A stretch of 64,000 bases of DNA from Rhina ancylostomus (GCA_030265395.1 JARFYF010000022.1:18833881-18897880), one strand, 5' to 3'; numbered from the stretch's first letter, positions 14,710-29,146 are shown. Notes: a model not told the origin generated them from the letters alone. A program made the numbers and translations.

Positions 14710-15299
14710 CTGGTACATAAAGAACAGTTTAGACAAGTTGAGCATTGTGTATAATTCTCTCATCTTGCTAACTCTCAGTTCTACTCAGATACACTGGATA
14801 ATCTTTTCACTTTAATATACCAAATATTTTTCAAGTTCTTCAGTTATCTTATTCATTTCATAAATATTAGTCACGCAGCTAGAATGGGTTAAGTGTCAAA
14901 TCTTTGAATTCTCAGCAAATCCAGAAGACAATTAACAGCTCAATCCTTCCCCACAGTAGGAAGAAAAAAGTTCTTTTAAAGCTAAAACAAATCACACTCA
15001 AATGTTGAAGCCAGAATGTGTCTGCAGGGGCTCCTCATGGCATTAGGCCCCATTGTTTCAGTGAACAATCTTCCATCATGAAGCCAGAAATAAGGACATT
15101 TGTTGATTACTGTAGTGCAGTTCCATTCACAACTCCTCTGAAGATGAAGTCATCCATGCCCACAATGCAGTAAGACCCAGACAACATTTGTGCATGGGCT
15201 GTGGCGGCAAATATCATGTACCATAATTGCCAGTGCACTGGGGTTTGAGCACTCTCCCATCTAGGTAATCTTGCTTTCATTTTTTTAGGTTCAATGAAA

Positions 15300-15420
15300 A
15301 AGACATTGTATAATCTATTTATTATATAATAAATTATATTGTATAATCTATTATACAATTATATTATATACTATTATATTGTATACAATGATAGATTATT
15401 GTATAATCTATTTCTATTTT
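15300..15420. repeat. AT-rich low-complexity tract with repeated attgtataatctatt
   Basis: Read directly from the sequence. Confidence 0.8.
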
Positions 15421-15649
15421 GGAGGTTTGAATTCTGTGTGGATACAGGAAGTAGCACTACAATGTTGGGTGAGGGTGTAATCGGGACTTTGAAGCCCCAC
15501 TCAGTCCAATATCAAGGGCGGCACTCTAAGCTCACCTCTTGATTCAGATATTTAGGTGAGTCTGGCAGTTTTGAGTCTGGAGCTATGTTACTAATGATGA
15601 CAAATTATACCACTTTACTGATGATGTAATATGCTGCTTGTGAGACAGT

Positions 15650-16545
15650 CATACAGCACAGAACAGTCCCATTTGCCTGCATTTTGCCCATATCTTGACT
15701 GCTTTTCCATCAATATACCTGTCCAAATATCTTGAACAATTGTAATCATATCCACCTCTGCAGTTTTCTGTGGCAGCTCGTTCCATATAATCACCACCCT
15801 GTGTGGAAAAAGTTGTCCCACAGATCCCTTTTAAATCTTTCCCCTCAACTTAAATCAATGCCCTCTAGTTTTAGCCTTCACTAACCTGGGAAAAAGACTA
15901 TGACCATCACTTTATTAACACCCGTCATATATTTATACTTCTATAAAGGTCACCCCTCAGCCTCCTGCACTCTAGAGAAAATAAAACCCAGTCTCTCCTT
16001 ACAACTCAAGCCCTCCAATCCCAGTAACATCCTCACGAATCTTTTCTGCACCTTTTCCAGTTTAAGGGCATCCTTCCTATATAGCTAGCCAACTAGAACT
16101 ATGCACAATACTCCAAGTGTGGTCTTATTAACGACTTGCAGTTACAACATGTTTCAACTCCTGTACTCAATGATCTGACCAATGAAAGCAAATGTACCAA
16201 ATGTCTTCTTCCCCACCCTGTTTACCTGTCTGAGTGTCTTTGTTCTACAAAACTCTCAAGGGCCCTGCCATTTGCTGTGCAAGTCTTACACTGGTTTAAC
16301 TTAGCAAAATGTAACACCTCGCACTTGTCAGAGTTAACTTCCATCTGCCATTCCCTGGGTCATTTCCCCAGTTCATTCAGATCCTGTTGTAATCTTAGNN
16401 NNNNNNNNNNNNNNNNNNNNNNNNNNNNNNNNNNNNNNNNNNNNNNNNNNNNNNNNNNNNNNNNNNNNNNNNNNNNNNNNNNNNNNNNNNNNNNNNNNTT
16501 CAGATCCTGTTGTAATCTTAGATAACCTCTTTCACTATCCAGGCC
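15650..16545 (-). mobile_element. CR1 LINE 3' portion (contains a 100-N gap)
   Basis: ORF 15615..15821 (FPHRVVIIWNELPQKTAE); reverse-complement similarity to 55850-56700. Confidence 0.85.
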
Positions 16546-16689
16546 CTTCAGTCCAACTCACTCATGCCCACCAAGAAAAGCAAAGGCAAATTGGATTCAA
16601 AATGCCTTTTGTAGACATGAAATACCTGGACAATTTTCTACAAGTAACTGCACTGCAGTAGTTCATAGAGGTGAAGCTTGTTCTGAAGC

Positions 16690-17480
16690 ACAGGTCTTTG
16701 GTGGGATCTTGTCTGGTCCCAGAGCTTTTGCTGCATCTAATGGTCTATTTTTTTAAAATTATCTATTACATGAAGTAAAATGAACTGGCTGAAAACTCTT
16801 CTGTTACATTAGGAGATCATGGATAGACAGCAACTGGATCATCCATTGGTGTCCTCCGACTGAACACATCAGCCTCATCTTTAGACTAGTGTTGAGCTGC
16901 GCCATTGTTGATGTGGAGGAACTTCCTGGAGCTGACTCATCTCAAAAGTCATCCATCTCCTCCACCATTCATGATTGGCTGTGGCAGGGAGTGCAAGTCT
17001 TTGATCTGATCTATTGGTTGCGGATGGCTTAGCACTGTATAATGAATGTTGTTTTACTGTTTAGTACATGTGTCACCTTGTGTTCCAGCTTCACCAGGTT
17101 AACACATTTTCATGTTCATTTGGTGGTGCTGCCAACATGCCCTTCTGCACTCATTTGAACAGGTTGATTTCCTGGCTTTATTGTAACAGCGGAGTAGATG
17201 CCTGCTGAGTCATGAGGTTATAGTGATATACATTACTGCTGCTGCTTGTCCATGGAGATCTTGTTTAGCTGCAAAACATTTTAAGGGTCTCTCTCTTTCT
17301 CATTTAACATGGTTATGGTGCCACTCAACATAATGGACGGGGTCCCCAAGTATTACCCTACTAAGAGTGTGCATTGGTCAGCTCTACCACTACTGCCAAC
17401 AACAGATGCATCTGCCACACAGTAGCAAGTTTTAATTTACGAGCAAAGTGATAACCAAGGTCCAATTTAAAATTGGTCAA
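16690..17480 (-). mobile_element. Decayed LINE fragment (CR1/L2 group)
   Basis: Resembles the reverse strand of a LINE endonuclease-linker region (KA.GPD.IP remnant near 16700-16730); family uncertain. Confidence 0.4.
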
Positions 17481-17890
17481 ATCCATGTCTTTACACAGCA
17501 TGTATAAATTCATAGTTGAGAGTTCAACTGAAAATAGCAATGAACAAGTCATTTGAAGGTTGGAAACAGCTCTTAAACTTAACAAATTTTTTTTAATACT
17601 TGCTATTCTCCAAATGCTGCAGAATGATTAGCCTTCAGGTTACTTATAACTAGAAGAAACATGAAAAAAAATATGGAAGCTATCTGCCTTTTCTAAAATT
17701 TGAATATGAAAGTTTATATCAACCTTAACTGAAATTGGCCTAGATTTGGTCTTAATTTCTTATGGTAGGTGTTACAATTCAACACATTTCTACATCTCTG
17801 AAACCTCTGAGCCATGCAGGTGTTCTTCTTGATGTGTTGAGAGATTAACAACTGCATCACTTATTAAACAGAAAAATATTCCATCAGTCA

Positions 17891-18085
<195 letters not shown>

Positions 18086-18327
18086 CTAAAAATCAAAAAG
18101 AGAAATAGCTTGAATAAATGTGTATGGAATTTTACAAGGATAAATAAAAGATNNNNNNNNNNNNNNNNNNNNNNNNNNNNNNNNNNNNNNNNNNNNNNNN
18201 NNNNNNNNNNNNNNNNNNNNNNNNNNNNNNNNNNNNNNNNNNNNNNNNNNNNGTATGGAATTTTACAAGGATAAATAAAAGATACATTGATGACTTTCTT
18301 TGAAATGTAGTATTTTAAATACATTAC

Positions 18328-18406
18328 CTTCATTATTAACTCTGAAAACTTAGGAGAGTTATTTGTAGTAGCAAGAAGACTATCTTGCAAAAGTACAATC
18401 AAGGAA
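18328..18406 (-). CDS. CKAP5: CKAP5 exon 38: SSLIVLLQDSLLATTNNSPKFSELIMK
   Basis: ORF 18070..18426; cag acceptor, gtaatg donor; 79 nt. Confidence 0.94.
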
Positions 18407-19164
18407 CTGCAAAAGAAAGTTTTCATTTAAAGCTGCAAATAAGTCTGTATGGTCATACCCCAAACAGCAACAATTTCTACAATGTATGTACTGTACCAAC
18501 AAAACATTGGCATCAGTCCATGACATTTAAGGCTACTTAAGGAAAAGCTGTAACAAGCCATACAGCATTTAACACAGCAATGAACCCAGAAACAGCACAC
18601 TTAATACTCGTGCTCAATAGCTGTACATTGAGATATTATTGATGCAACTGAAATTCTACACCATGAAAAAATGGTTAATATACAAGACCAGTTTAGTCAT
18701 TTAAGGTATGTGCATTTAGATTTTTGGCCAAAACATTTCAAATGAAATGTTCTTCATTAATCTATTAATCCATTTCTTTCGGGGCCAAACAGCCTTTACA
18801 TTAAAGGAGACAGGGTTGTTATTGATCTGGAAACAACATGGATTTCCTTTCTCCTTAAAATGTGTGATTTATCTAAAAATCTTCATGACATTTAACATCG
18901 CGCATGATTACTATCAAATGACAGAAATAATACTTTTAAAAAGATTTCAAAGTTATCATATTTCAAAGGTTTCTATTAACATTCCCAATAACACAACTTC
19001 ATACAGCCCTTTATACATAATAGGATCCTTGCCTAAACATCACAATCAGATGCACCATCTTATGAAAATTCTTAAACCAAGATCTAGAAAAAAAGACCAG
19101 CTCCAAGAAATCTATATAATCGATAACCTAATGGAGCTACATTAACCAAGCGTTTTCCCCTTTA

Positions 19165-19551
<387 letters not shown>

Positions 19552-19617
19552 CTAGAGATATTTCTTGCATAAATCCTTACTTATTCATCGCACTTTGCAT
19601 ACAAAAGCCTGTGTGTT

Positions 19618-19723
19618 TGTGAGTCAGATGGCCCCTGTGCACATTGTTTAGTCCTCAGGGTTCAGGAAGGAGTAGCTACACTGTACAACTACTCCTTTAA
19701 TAGTGCAACTCATCACTCTCACA
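19618..19723 (-). ncRNA. SNORD67: Intronic box C/D snoRNA, SNORD67 (HBII-166) family; predicted guide for U6 snRNA Cm60
   Basis: Minus strand shows a terminal stem UGUGAG/CUCACA, box C GUGAUGA (19716-19710), D' CUGA (19665-19662), C' CUGAGGA (19658-19652) and box D CUGA (19627-19624). The guide CAGGGGCCAU directly upstream of box D is complementary to U6 nt 56-65. SNORD67 is known to be hosted by CKAP5. Confidence 0.93.
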
Positions 19724-19979
19724 GTTCCATTAGCTTATCTGGAAAATGTTAAGTTTCCTAACTTTAGCATGCAATCTAGATACAGTGCACAACTAGCCCC
19801 ATTTATGATTTAACATAATTCAGTATCATTGTCAGTTTTGTCCATTTTTTGGCATTGTGCATGCAGCATAATGGCCATTGAAAGTTAAACATTTAATCTG
19901 CCAGATAAACCAAATCAGTCTAATGTAAGCATACGTTCACAGTTCTGCATTTAAAAAAAAATGACATTGCAACAATTCA

Positions 19980-20204
<225 letters not shown>

Positions 20205-21388
20205 TTACAGAAAGGTACAAATAAAATGCACTATATCCTTAATTAACAACATTTAATTCTGTACAATAAATTATAGCATTCCCAGTAACATGCACCCGTG
20301 AAGGCATTAAAATATTGTAGGATACTGTCCCTAAGGAAACTTGCAATGGGGTAGCTGAACAACCAAGTGTGCAAATACTCATCCAGTACACCCACATCAC
20401 AATGAACTTTCAACAATTTTTAATAGGGTTTTTTGACGACACATGGGCAAATGTAGATTAAGGGCATAAATTCACCTCAGTTCTGGAATTCAGCTCCCAA
20501 TGTTCAGATCAAAGCTCAAATGCAGCTTGAAGTAGTCATGACACAACCCAAAATAAATGCTAAGGGTACAACGTGCAATGTGATTGCCATCAATAACACC
20601 TCCCATTTTGCAGATGACTGGTATTAATTGGATGTAGTATAATAAATGGCCACATTAGTTAAGTCCTGCTTTTGTTAAAGGTACACCAGACAAATTCAGT
20701 TTGTTGGCAGATTTCAATTTTGAAGCTGTATCAGGGTAGCTTGGTTAAAATAGGTGTTAATTCTGGAGAATGAATCTTTGGCACTGCCATCCTTGCCCTA
20801 CCCAGTGCACTCAGCTATTTCTNNNNNNNNNNNNNGTGAATAGAATTGATTAACAGACTGGCTGTGTTGGCAAGAACTTCAAGAGGCATAGCTGAATTAT
20901 CCACGACATGCCAAATGAAGACATGCCAGAGTCTCATATTTTGAATTTTTCTTATGCTGGATCACGTTGAACCAATTAGAAATTTTACTTTCCCATTAAT
21001 TCACTTTTTCACTCATCTTTCATAGTTACCTGAAACTTTAAATCAGATTAATGGGATCAATTAGTTGCTTCAAATTTCTGCATACACGTTTTCCTACATT
21101 GTGGTATTACATAACCATCCTGTTTGGAGTACCTCTGCTGCCACTCCTGGAATGTTTTCCTACATTCATTTAACCAGAGATGTTCCCTGGCTTGACAAAG
21201 GTAGTGTGCCAAATCAGATTACAAAGTATGATGAATATAACTTTGATGGTCATAGCTGTTGAGTTGCTGTGGACTAAGTTCTGCACTATTAGATCCATAA
21301 TGAATATATCCCATCTAACATGCAGTTTTTAAACATTTTATCTTAAAGAATGAATGTTAATAAAGAAAAGAATAAAGTTTAAAAGTTA

Positions 21389-21667
<279 letters not shown>

Positions 21668-22039
21668 TTAGACAAGACACAAAGGAATTTAAGGAGTTTG
21701 ATGATTCAGTTTAAAGAAATGCATCGCAGACTAGTATTAAACAAGGTTGAACAGCTACAGGCATAATGAGCCACATTCATTAGAGTATTGCTGAAATAAC
21801 AACAGTTATACTGGTGGCCTTAAAAGGAATGATTGGATATTTAATACAAGATACTCATGAGAAAAGTGGTCCATATTTATGGACTTAAAAGCTTAATGAA
21901 AGCCATGATCCCATTTCATAAAAGATCCCATACCAATCCCTGTCCAACCTCATCCTTAAGTCCAAAGCTTTCTTCTATAGCTGTCAGAAGCTGAATAGTC
22001 AAGAAATTGCTTTGGACACTTCAGATATTCCTTGCTCCT

Positions 22040-23100
22040 TCATTGCTATTATAGCTTATAAAACTGAAGTCACCCTTTGTCATTACACCTTGACTTATGT
22101 ACATCTAACCCCACTGTAAATCAGTTCCTGTATCTGCTACCAACCAGCAGAAAGGACATAGAAAATTCCCAGCCATGAAATGGTGCCTCTTTTTTTTTCC
22201 TTCGAACCAAACAGATTTTGTTCTCAACTGCTCCAGGACACCCTCCCTCCAGAACTACAATATACCCTTCCAAAACTGCCTTGCTCTCTTTTCTTCCCAT
22301 CCCAATTGTCCCTGAACAGAGTATCCAGGAATATTTACTACCCAATCCTACCCTTTATGCCAGATCTTAGTTTCCTGTAACATAATAATCCCATATTGTT
22401 AATAATCCCATTTGGTTTATTGCATCCACAGCTGTTCAACCTTGCTTTATACATTATTTCTTTAATGCATGGTAAACCTATTTTAGGTTTTGCTCTTCCT
22501 CTAGGTTTGATTCCATGTTTAAAAAGTGTTATTTCTTGCTTCTAGTGCTCTCCCCTTCAGTTCCCTCTGCTTCACATTTCATCTTCATTGCTACATACTG
22601 GTGCCTATCCTTTGGTCACATCAGTTTAACAGTCACCACAAATCACCAAAGCACTAATAAACTTCCCTGCAAGGTCACTGAATCCAGCTCCACTGAAGTG
22701 CAAATTACCCTGCCTATGCAGTCTTGCACCCACAGAAAAAGTCCCGAAGTCCCAGCATGCTTTAGCTCTCCCTTCTGCATCATTTCCTTGCTAATCTAGT
22801 CATCAACATTATCTTCCTATTTCTCTATTCAATAATGCATAGCACTGAAGTAAACCAAAGATTACTAATTCTGTGGGTGCTGCTTCTTAAAATTCTCTTC
22901 CAACTCTTCCCTTCTTCAATCTAGGCATTGTTTCCAACAAGTACGACAACTTAATCCCTCTCCCCTGCAGAATACTCTGCACCCCCTCAGGGATGTCCTT
23001 TATTCTGATAACTACAGCAACACATGCCAATTCACATTGATGGCTGCAGACTGGCTGCCCCATCCCTAAAAAAATTATGGAATCCCCACGATTACCATAT
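22040..23100 (-). mobile_element. Decayed 5' part of a CR1-like LINE
   Basis: Pyrimidine-rich plus strand resembling the reverse of the CR1 ORF1/endonuclease region, similar in character to 34500-35680. Confidence 0.4.
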
Positions 23101-23829
23101 TTCTATACTTTATGTAACAGACTAAACACCCATTATGCCACCTGCAGCTGGTAAAGGCACTTAGCCAAGTGTTCTGTGAGCTCTCATGTTTATGTACAAA
23201 GTGTTTAAGTTATAGTAACCAAGTATTAACACCATCAGAAAGAACTGTTACTAAAATGGTACATTACAGCAAGTAATGAAATGGGTAGGAATGTGGCTAT
23301 TAGGGTTTACATTCTTGAATGAAGTCTAATTTAACACAGTTTAGGTAATCAAATGTCAAGTCCACTCAAGAAAGCATTACTTTAATTTCAATTTCCAGCT
23401 AGAGGTCAATGAGCACTGCAAAACTTTAGTTTTTTTTCATCCTAAATTCTGTTCTTCAAGATGAATGTATATACACACATGTAACACGTGACAGATGAGA
23501 GGAGCAGAGAAAAACTTATTTAAAAAAAGATGGCTGTTGGAAGATTACTGAAAGGTATCGATGGCACTCAGAGTGACTGGTTCAATTATGCAAAGGGCAG
23601 GTGAGGAAAGGGGTCACTCATTAAATGGTGTCTTTCAGACAGTTCATACAAAAGCTGGAAATTTGGAAAAGCTGCATGGGCTGAAAGATATTTTCAATAG
23701 CTCACCTGAAAAGGATGAGCAAGTAGAAAAGTGGAATTTTACAGAATACCAATTTCAGAATCCAACAAAATCTTCACTAAGTACAGGCTCTATCATGTTT
23801 CAATTCTAATGCACTAATGTGGTGACTTA

Positions 23830-24012
<183 letters not shown>

Positions 24013-24870
24013 GNNNNNNNNNNNNNNNNNNNNNNNNNNNNNNNNNNNNAATTTTTCCAAACAAGAAACTCCAAAGTGCTGGAGGTGTTTTTACAAGCGT
24101 TTGAAACAAACAGTTACTTTTATTAATCACCATCACCAACCCCAACCCCCCTCCCTGCTGATAACTTGCACTCAAATGGGTTTAATTTGACTGAGTTTAT
24201 GGATCAAATGCTTCAATCATTTTCCAGTATCTTGTTTGAGTGGACATTTTCAGGCACATAGTTCACTGACTTGACCCAATTTCAGTGAATACCTTCCAGC
24301 TAGTGTCAACAGACAACAATTATCGTGACAAGCAACAAATTTCTTGTCACTCAGGAACATGGAAGCAAATTGTAGCACTCAAACACCCTAGCTGAGAGAA
24401 GCTATCTTAGCTCAAACCAGAACATAAACCTGGCAACATCTGGTGCACAGAGCTTAACTATACACATTTTGGTGAGTCGCTGCTTTAATGTTAACCAAAT
24501 ACGAAGTATTCCAACAAGAACTACAAAACCACCACCAAAAAAAGTACATCACAGACTGCATTGCTTTCAAATGTTTACAACACATCCTAGAAATAACAAC
24601 ATTGATCAGTCAAGTGATTTTAACCCTTACTGTGCAAGTAGGTCCATTGCTAGATGAAGCTTTGCATGAAATTAGACTTTGCTGCATTTATTTAACATTT
24701 GAGAAACAGCACACCTTCAAACTATTTCAATATGTTTTAGTTTCTGGGAAGCAATTTATGTACAATTATACAGAATTGAAGAACTGCCATATTAGTCATG
24801 AATGGCAGCCATTATGCTGGTTTGGCAGCAAAACACTGCCAACCAACAATTAATAACAAGTTTTACTTAC

Positions 24871-24894
24871 ATTCGATAGGTTCGATACATTATT
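24871..24894 (-). CDS. CKAP5: Candidate alternative 24-nt CKAP5 microexon; inclusion turns ...KLNQAR into ...KLKIMYRTYRIQAR
   Basis: Minus strand reads ...tctgtcttctgacttctttcaccgcatttccctggaaag AATAATGTATCGAACCTATCGAAT gtaagt. Symmetric phase 2/2, no stop codon, three CpGs in 45 nt within a CpG-poor intron. Confidence 0.8.
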
Positions 24895-26199
24895 CTTTCC
24901 AGGGAAATGCGGTGAAAGAAGTCAGAAGACAGATTTAGACAAAATAAAACGTTTAAGCACAATTATAAAAGCAACAGACAAAGCACAACAAAAAATGTTA
25001 AGCAAAGGAAATAGCATTTGCTCTCAATACCAACTGGCTTAAAACTACTTTTGATGAGTTAGAGGCAGAATTCCAATTCATTCAACACAAGGCTTCAATA
25101 TATTCCATCCCTCCCCGAATATTACTAACTTACTCTGGCAAGGTAGCAGGGGGATTAGAATTACTTCAGATCCTACATTAATACCCATAAGTAAACCCAT
25201 CATATACCTTGGACAGAAGGCTACTGATGAAACAGCTGAAGACTGAATGAATAAAATGGTGCTGTATCTCTATCTTAAGATACCAGTAGTGAGGGGGGAG
25301 TTATTTCAAGCAATTCAATCCCTAAAATTTGCATGTTGTATCTTTACTGGGATATAATCACCCTTTACCTCAAATCTTACAATTATGCCAAAACAAGTAG
25401 AATCATTATACTAAATGCAATTAACCAAAGTACACAAATCACTTTAATGTTTTAGAGCCACTCAATAACCCTAATTCCCTTAGATCTAACTTGTATATTA
25501 AACTCCTGTAGCTGTTAATCAACTACTTTAAAAGTCCTGAGATACAAATCAGATGACAAACTTGACCTCAATGTATAAACTTGACTTATTGCCCTGTTCC
25601 AATATGCAACATGCATTACCATCTTGATTTACATTAGTTTGAAAACTCATCCTTACAAATCAAACTGGTAACTACAGCCATTTCAACTCATAACACAGAC
25701 TTTGTTCTACATATCCTTCCTCCTCTCCTGTTCAAAACCAGCTTGCATCTCTTTCCCTGTTCTGACAAAGGTTAACAGATCCAAAAAGCTGTTCTTTTTA
25801 CAGATGCTGCCTTACCTGCTGACATTTTGCAGCATTTTCTGTTTTTGTTGCAGCTAAGCTTTACCAGTCAACTACAAGACAGCCACTTTGTTGCTAAAGA
25901 TCTTTGTTTTTTTTTTAAAAAACTGGATGTCACAATACTTTTAATGCAACAATTACCATACTTTGCATGAATTATGAAGTTAACAAAACCAAATTATTCG
26001 GGTAACAGAAATTTGCCCTTACAGAATTCACTATTCATTACCCCAAATTTTGAGATACGAAGTGGGGATAAAAAAGTACTTCACTGTTTAGGACTTCAAA
26101 GCAGCAGCCTGGGCCCAACTACCTTCAGCTGCTTCAGTCAAGGCATTTCAGCTAATATACCACGTGGTAGTTTGCTTTAGTGGCTCATATCCCAAAATT

Positions 26200-26820
26200 A
26201 CCATGCCTTTCCTCTCAATCCTCAAATCTGTGGTTGCGTCTATCAATCCAGAAATATTGCATGCAACTTGCTCAAATCAAGTTTCTATGATTGTCATAGT
26301 ACTGCAGCAACCCTCAAAGCACCAAATAAAGCTTTGCAACTGATCATTTTTTTTAAACCACTCTCGAATTCAGCTGAGCATATCATTTATCTCAACCTCA
26401 CATCTGATGTCCAGTTGTGTAGCTGTTACCTGATTAATTCCTTCTCATGATCACAGTCATAGAATCACTTACAACAGCTCCTCAACCCATTTCTACAATG
26501 TTATCCATCAGAGTCCTCCAAAGATCTCGCCTTTTCCATTTGCAAAAGGTATATTAAAAGCAATCAAGCCAGATTCACTTGACTTCAAGGGGAGCTGCTG
26601 ACCAAATGTTCACTCCACCTTGCGTGCCAGCACTTCCTTTTGGTTTCATTGTAGAATTGGCTCCCTGAACCTCTCCAAAATCCTCCTTCAATGTTCTTTG
26701 ACAAAGCTTTGATTCACCCAGCCAAATACCTTTTTGTGGCATGCAGCCAGTGATTCGCAAAGTTCTTGTTAAGCTGCTTGGGAACATTTACTGCATTAAA
26801 GGGTGCTGTTGATTAAAGTT
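26200..26820 (+). mobile_element. L2-like LINE 3' fragment
   Basis: Tail aagctgcttgggaacatttactgcattaaagggtgct resembles L2/DeuSINE 3' ends; parallels 49780-50235. Confidence 0.5.
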
Positions 26821-28934
26821 TTGAACTCCATTTACAATTCCCCAGATAAATTAAAATCCAGATTTAAGCAGCAGCATCTAGACAAACAACATTTGCCAAA
26901 TGAATTACTCCTGCCATGTTCTTATTTTCAGCAGATTATTCAATGCACTCAAACAGAGCAATTAGTCAAACCCCGACATTCAAATTACATGCCCTATATG
27001 ATTCTCATCCAAGGATCTTGAAGTTATTGATCAACCATGGGAATGAAGATGGGGCTGCAAGTTAGCCTCAAGGAGGAAAGACCCATAACATTTCTTCCTT
27101 TAAGAAAATATATTAAACACCATTTCCAGCCTCCTCTTAAAGCAATTATCTATCATCTGTGCTCTCTAACAACCAATCTCTGCCATGGGATACTCTTCAC
27201 TTACCCTATCAAATTCTCTCTTAACTGTGTGTTTAAAGAGCAATCCCACCTTCTACTGAACCATTAAAACATTACAAGTTCAGACTGCTAACAGCAAATC
27301 CTAATGGAACTATGGATTTGAACAGAAGGAAAGAAACTGGTCTGTGCATTGAATAAAAATTGTTAATAGTCCCAAAAAGGTGGCCTTTCTTAGATTATTT
27401 GTATGCAAGTTTGAGACATTAATAGTAAGCTTCAATTGCTCTCAAAGTTGTAGGCAATTCAGCAATGTATATAGCATACAATTTAAAGCTCATCTTTTGT
27501 TGTCCACGTGCATCAAGTTAACATGAATACAATCTGCAGAAATGCACATTCAACAAAGCCAGTTGGATTACAAACCAGAAAGTATTCACTGAAAACTAGT
27601 CCACAACCATTTTGATCACATTGTTCAGCAGATTATGACAAAGAGTAGTTATTCAATTGGGGAAATTTCAGGTTTCTTCCTAGTTTTTGCCGTGACAAGT
27701 CAAGCTCAGTGGGAGTGGAGGCAGATGAATGAACCAGAGAGAGATTTGTGGTGTCGGACTAGCAGTTTTTGTGGACTATTTGATGTTACTTTTGTTAATA
27801 CCCCAATATGTTTATTTAAAAACATTACACAGTAAAGGAAGCAGGAAATATAGGCAATGTTAACCCCAGGTCTAGCTGCATTCTTAAATTAGCAAAAAGA
27901 AAATGACTGTAGTCCCAGTTCTTCAATATTTACCCATCTGAATGGTGTGCAAGGATACAGTTAAACTATTGTACTCAAAAAATGGTCCACTGGCAATCTA
28001 CATAACTAGTAACAGTTAGGCCATGGATTAATAGGGCAAACATCCTTAACACAATGACAATTGCAGGGAAACAAACAGAAGCCAACAGATGAAAAATGCA
28101 ACTGGTGCATTTTGTTAGATTTTACAAAAGTGAATTTCATACCAAATTATATTTATGATTCTGGAAAGATTGCAACACATTTGCATTCCTGAGGGCAAAA
28201 TGCCTCCCCAATACCACGTGAACAATCCCTGCCTCAACAACTATGCCTTACATGATTAGCAATGGAGAAAAAAATAGAATCTTAAAGTCACTGTACTCAA
28301 ACTTAGGTTAACCAATTTACAACACACTTAAAGCAGGCTTACAGCAAACAGACAGGCCAATTTTGTTAAGTTTACATGCTTCATAATTCTGGACATCACT
28401 TGGAAGGCAAAAAGCAGTGGTAATAAAAAAAAAAGCACTTCAGCTGGATCCAAAAATAAGGCAGGGAGGGCCCCATAGGTAAAAGTTATAATGTCAATAC
28501 CCAGAAAGAACTTTTTTTTGCTGAATGCAGCAAATCTGAAGCCACACAATTCTACATAATAATTGGTATCATTAGTACTAGGAGACAAAGCAAGCTAAGC
28601 ATTCTGATATGGTAGCATCAAAAACCAATTAACGTCAATAATCAGTTCTAAGACAAAGCCTTGGCAACAATTCCAAGTAGCAAGATCATTTCAGGTGCAA
28701 TATGCTGCAACTAATTCCTCCTCGCCATGTTTTTATTCTGATAAAACATACATATGACTAGTTCCATTTATTTGATTTTTTAAGGACAGCTTCTAGCTCA
28801 ACGGCCAACTACCATCCACTGCTGCCTCTAATTATAAAGTGCTCAAATATACCTTTCATCTCTCCAAATGCTTGTCCCAAAGTCTGATGTAGTCCCACTC
28901 ACATACAACCAACCCTCTATGCACTTTACTTGTA

Positions 28935-29146
28935 CAGGTCCTCCCCAAGTTACGACAAAGCTCTGTTCCTGTGAACTGTTCGTAACCCAAACAGTTTGCA
29001 AGTCAGAAATGCACCTGTGAACCAAGTTCCCACATGGCAGAATATGCCTGCAGTAGCAGGCAAATTCATTCCACCAGTCTCCCAAAAGCTCATTCGTATG
29101 TGGGGGCTGTACACCAGTCAGGCATTCATAAGCTGGAGTGGATCTG
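28935..29146. mobile_element. Tc1/mariner Tigger-like MITE, about 212 bp, with TA flanks
   Basis: Left end TA|caggtcctccccaagttacga; right end tcataagctggagtggatctg|TA; these form an imperfect ~21-bp TIR. Confidence 0.7.

Noticed and set aside
16376-16521. Direct repeats flanking N gaps (also 18122-18282, 34870-35017, 38740-38763, 6012-6131)
   Set aside because: The same sequence on both sides of a fixed-size gap is an unmerged contig overlap, not a biological repeat or target-site duplication.
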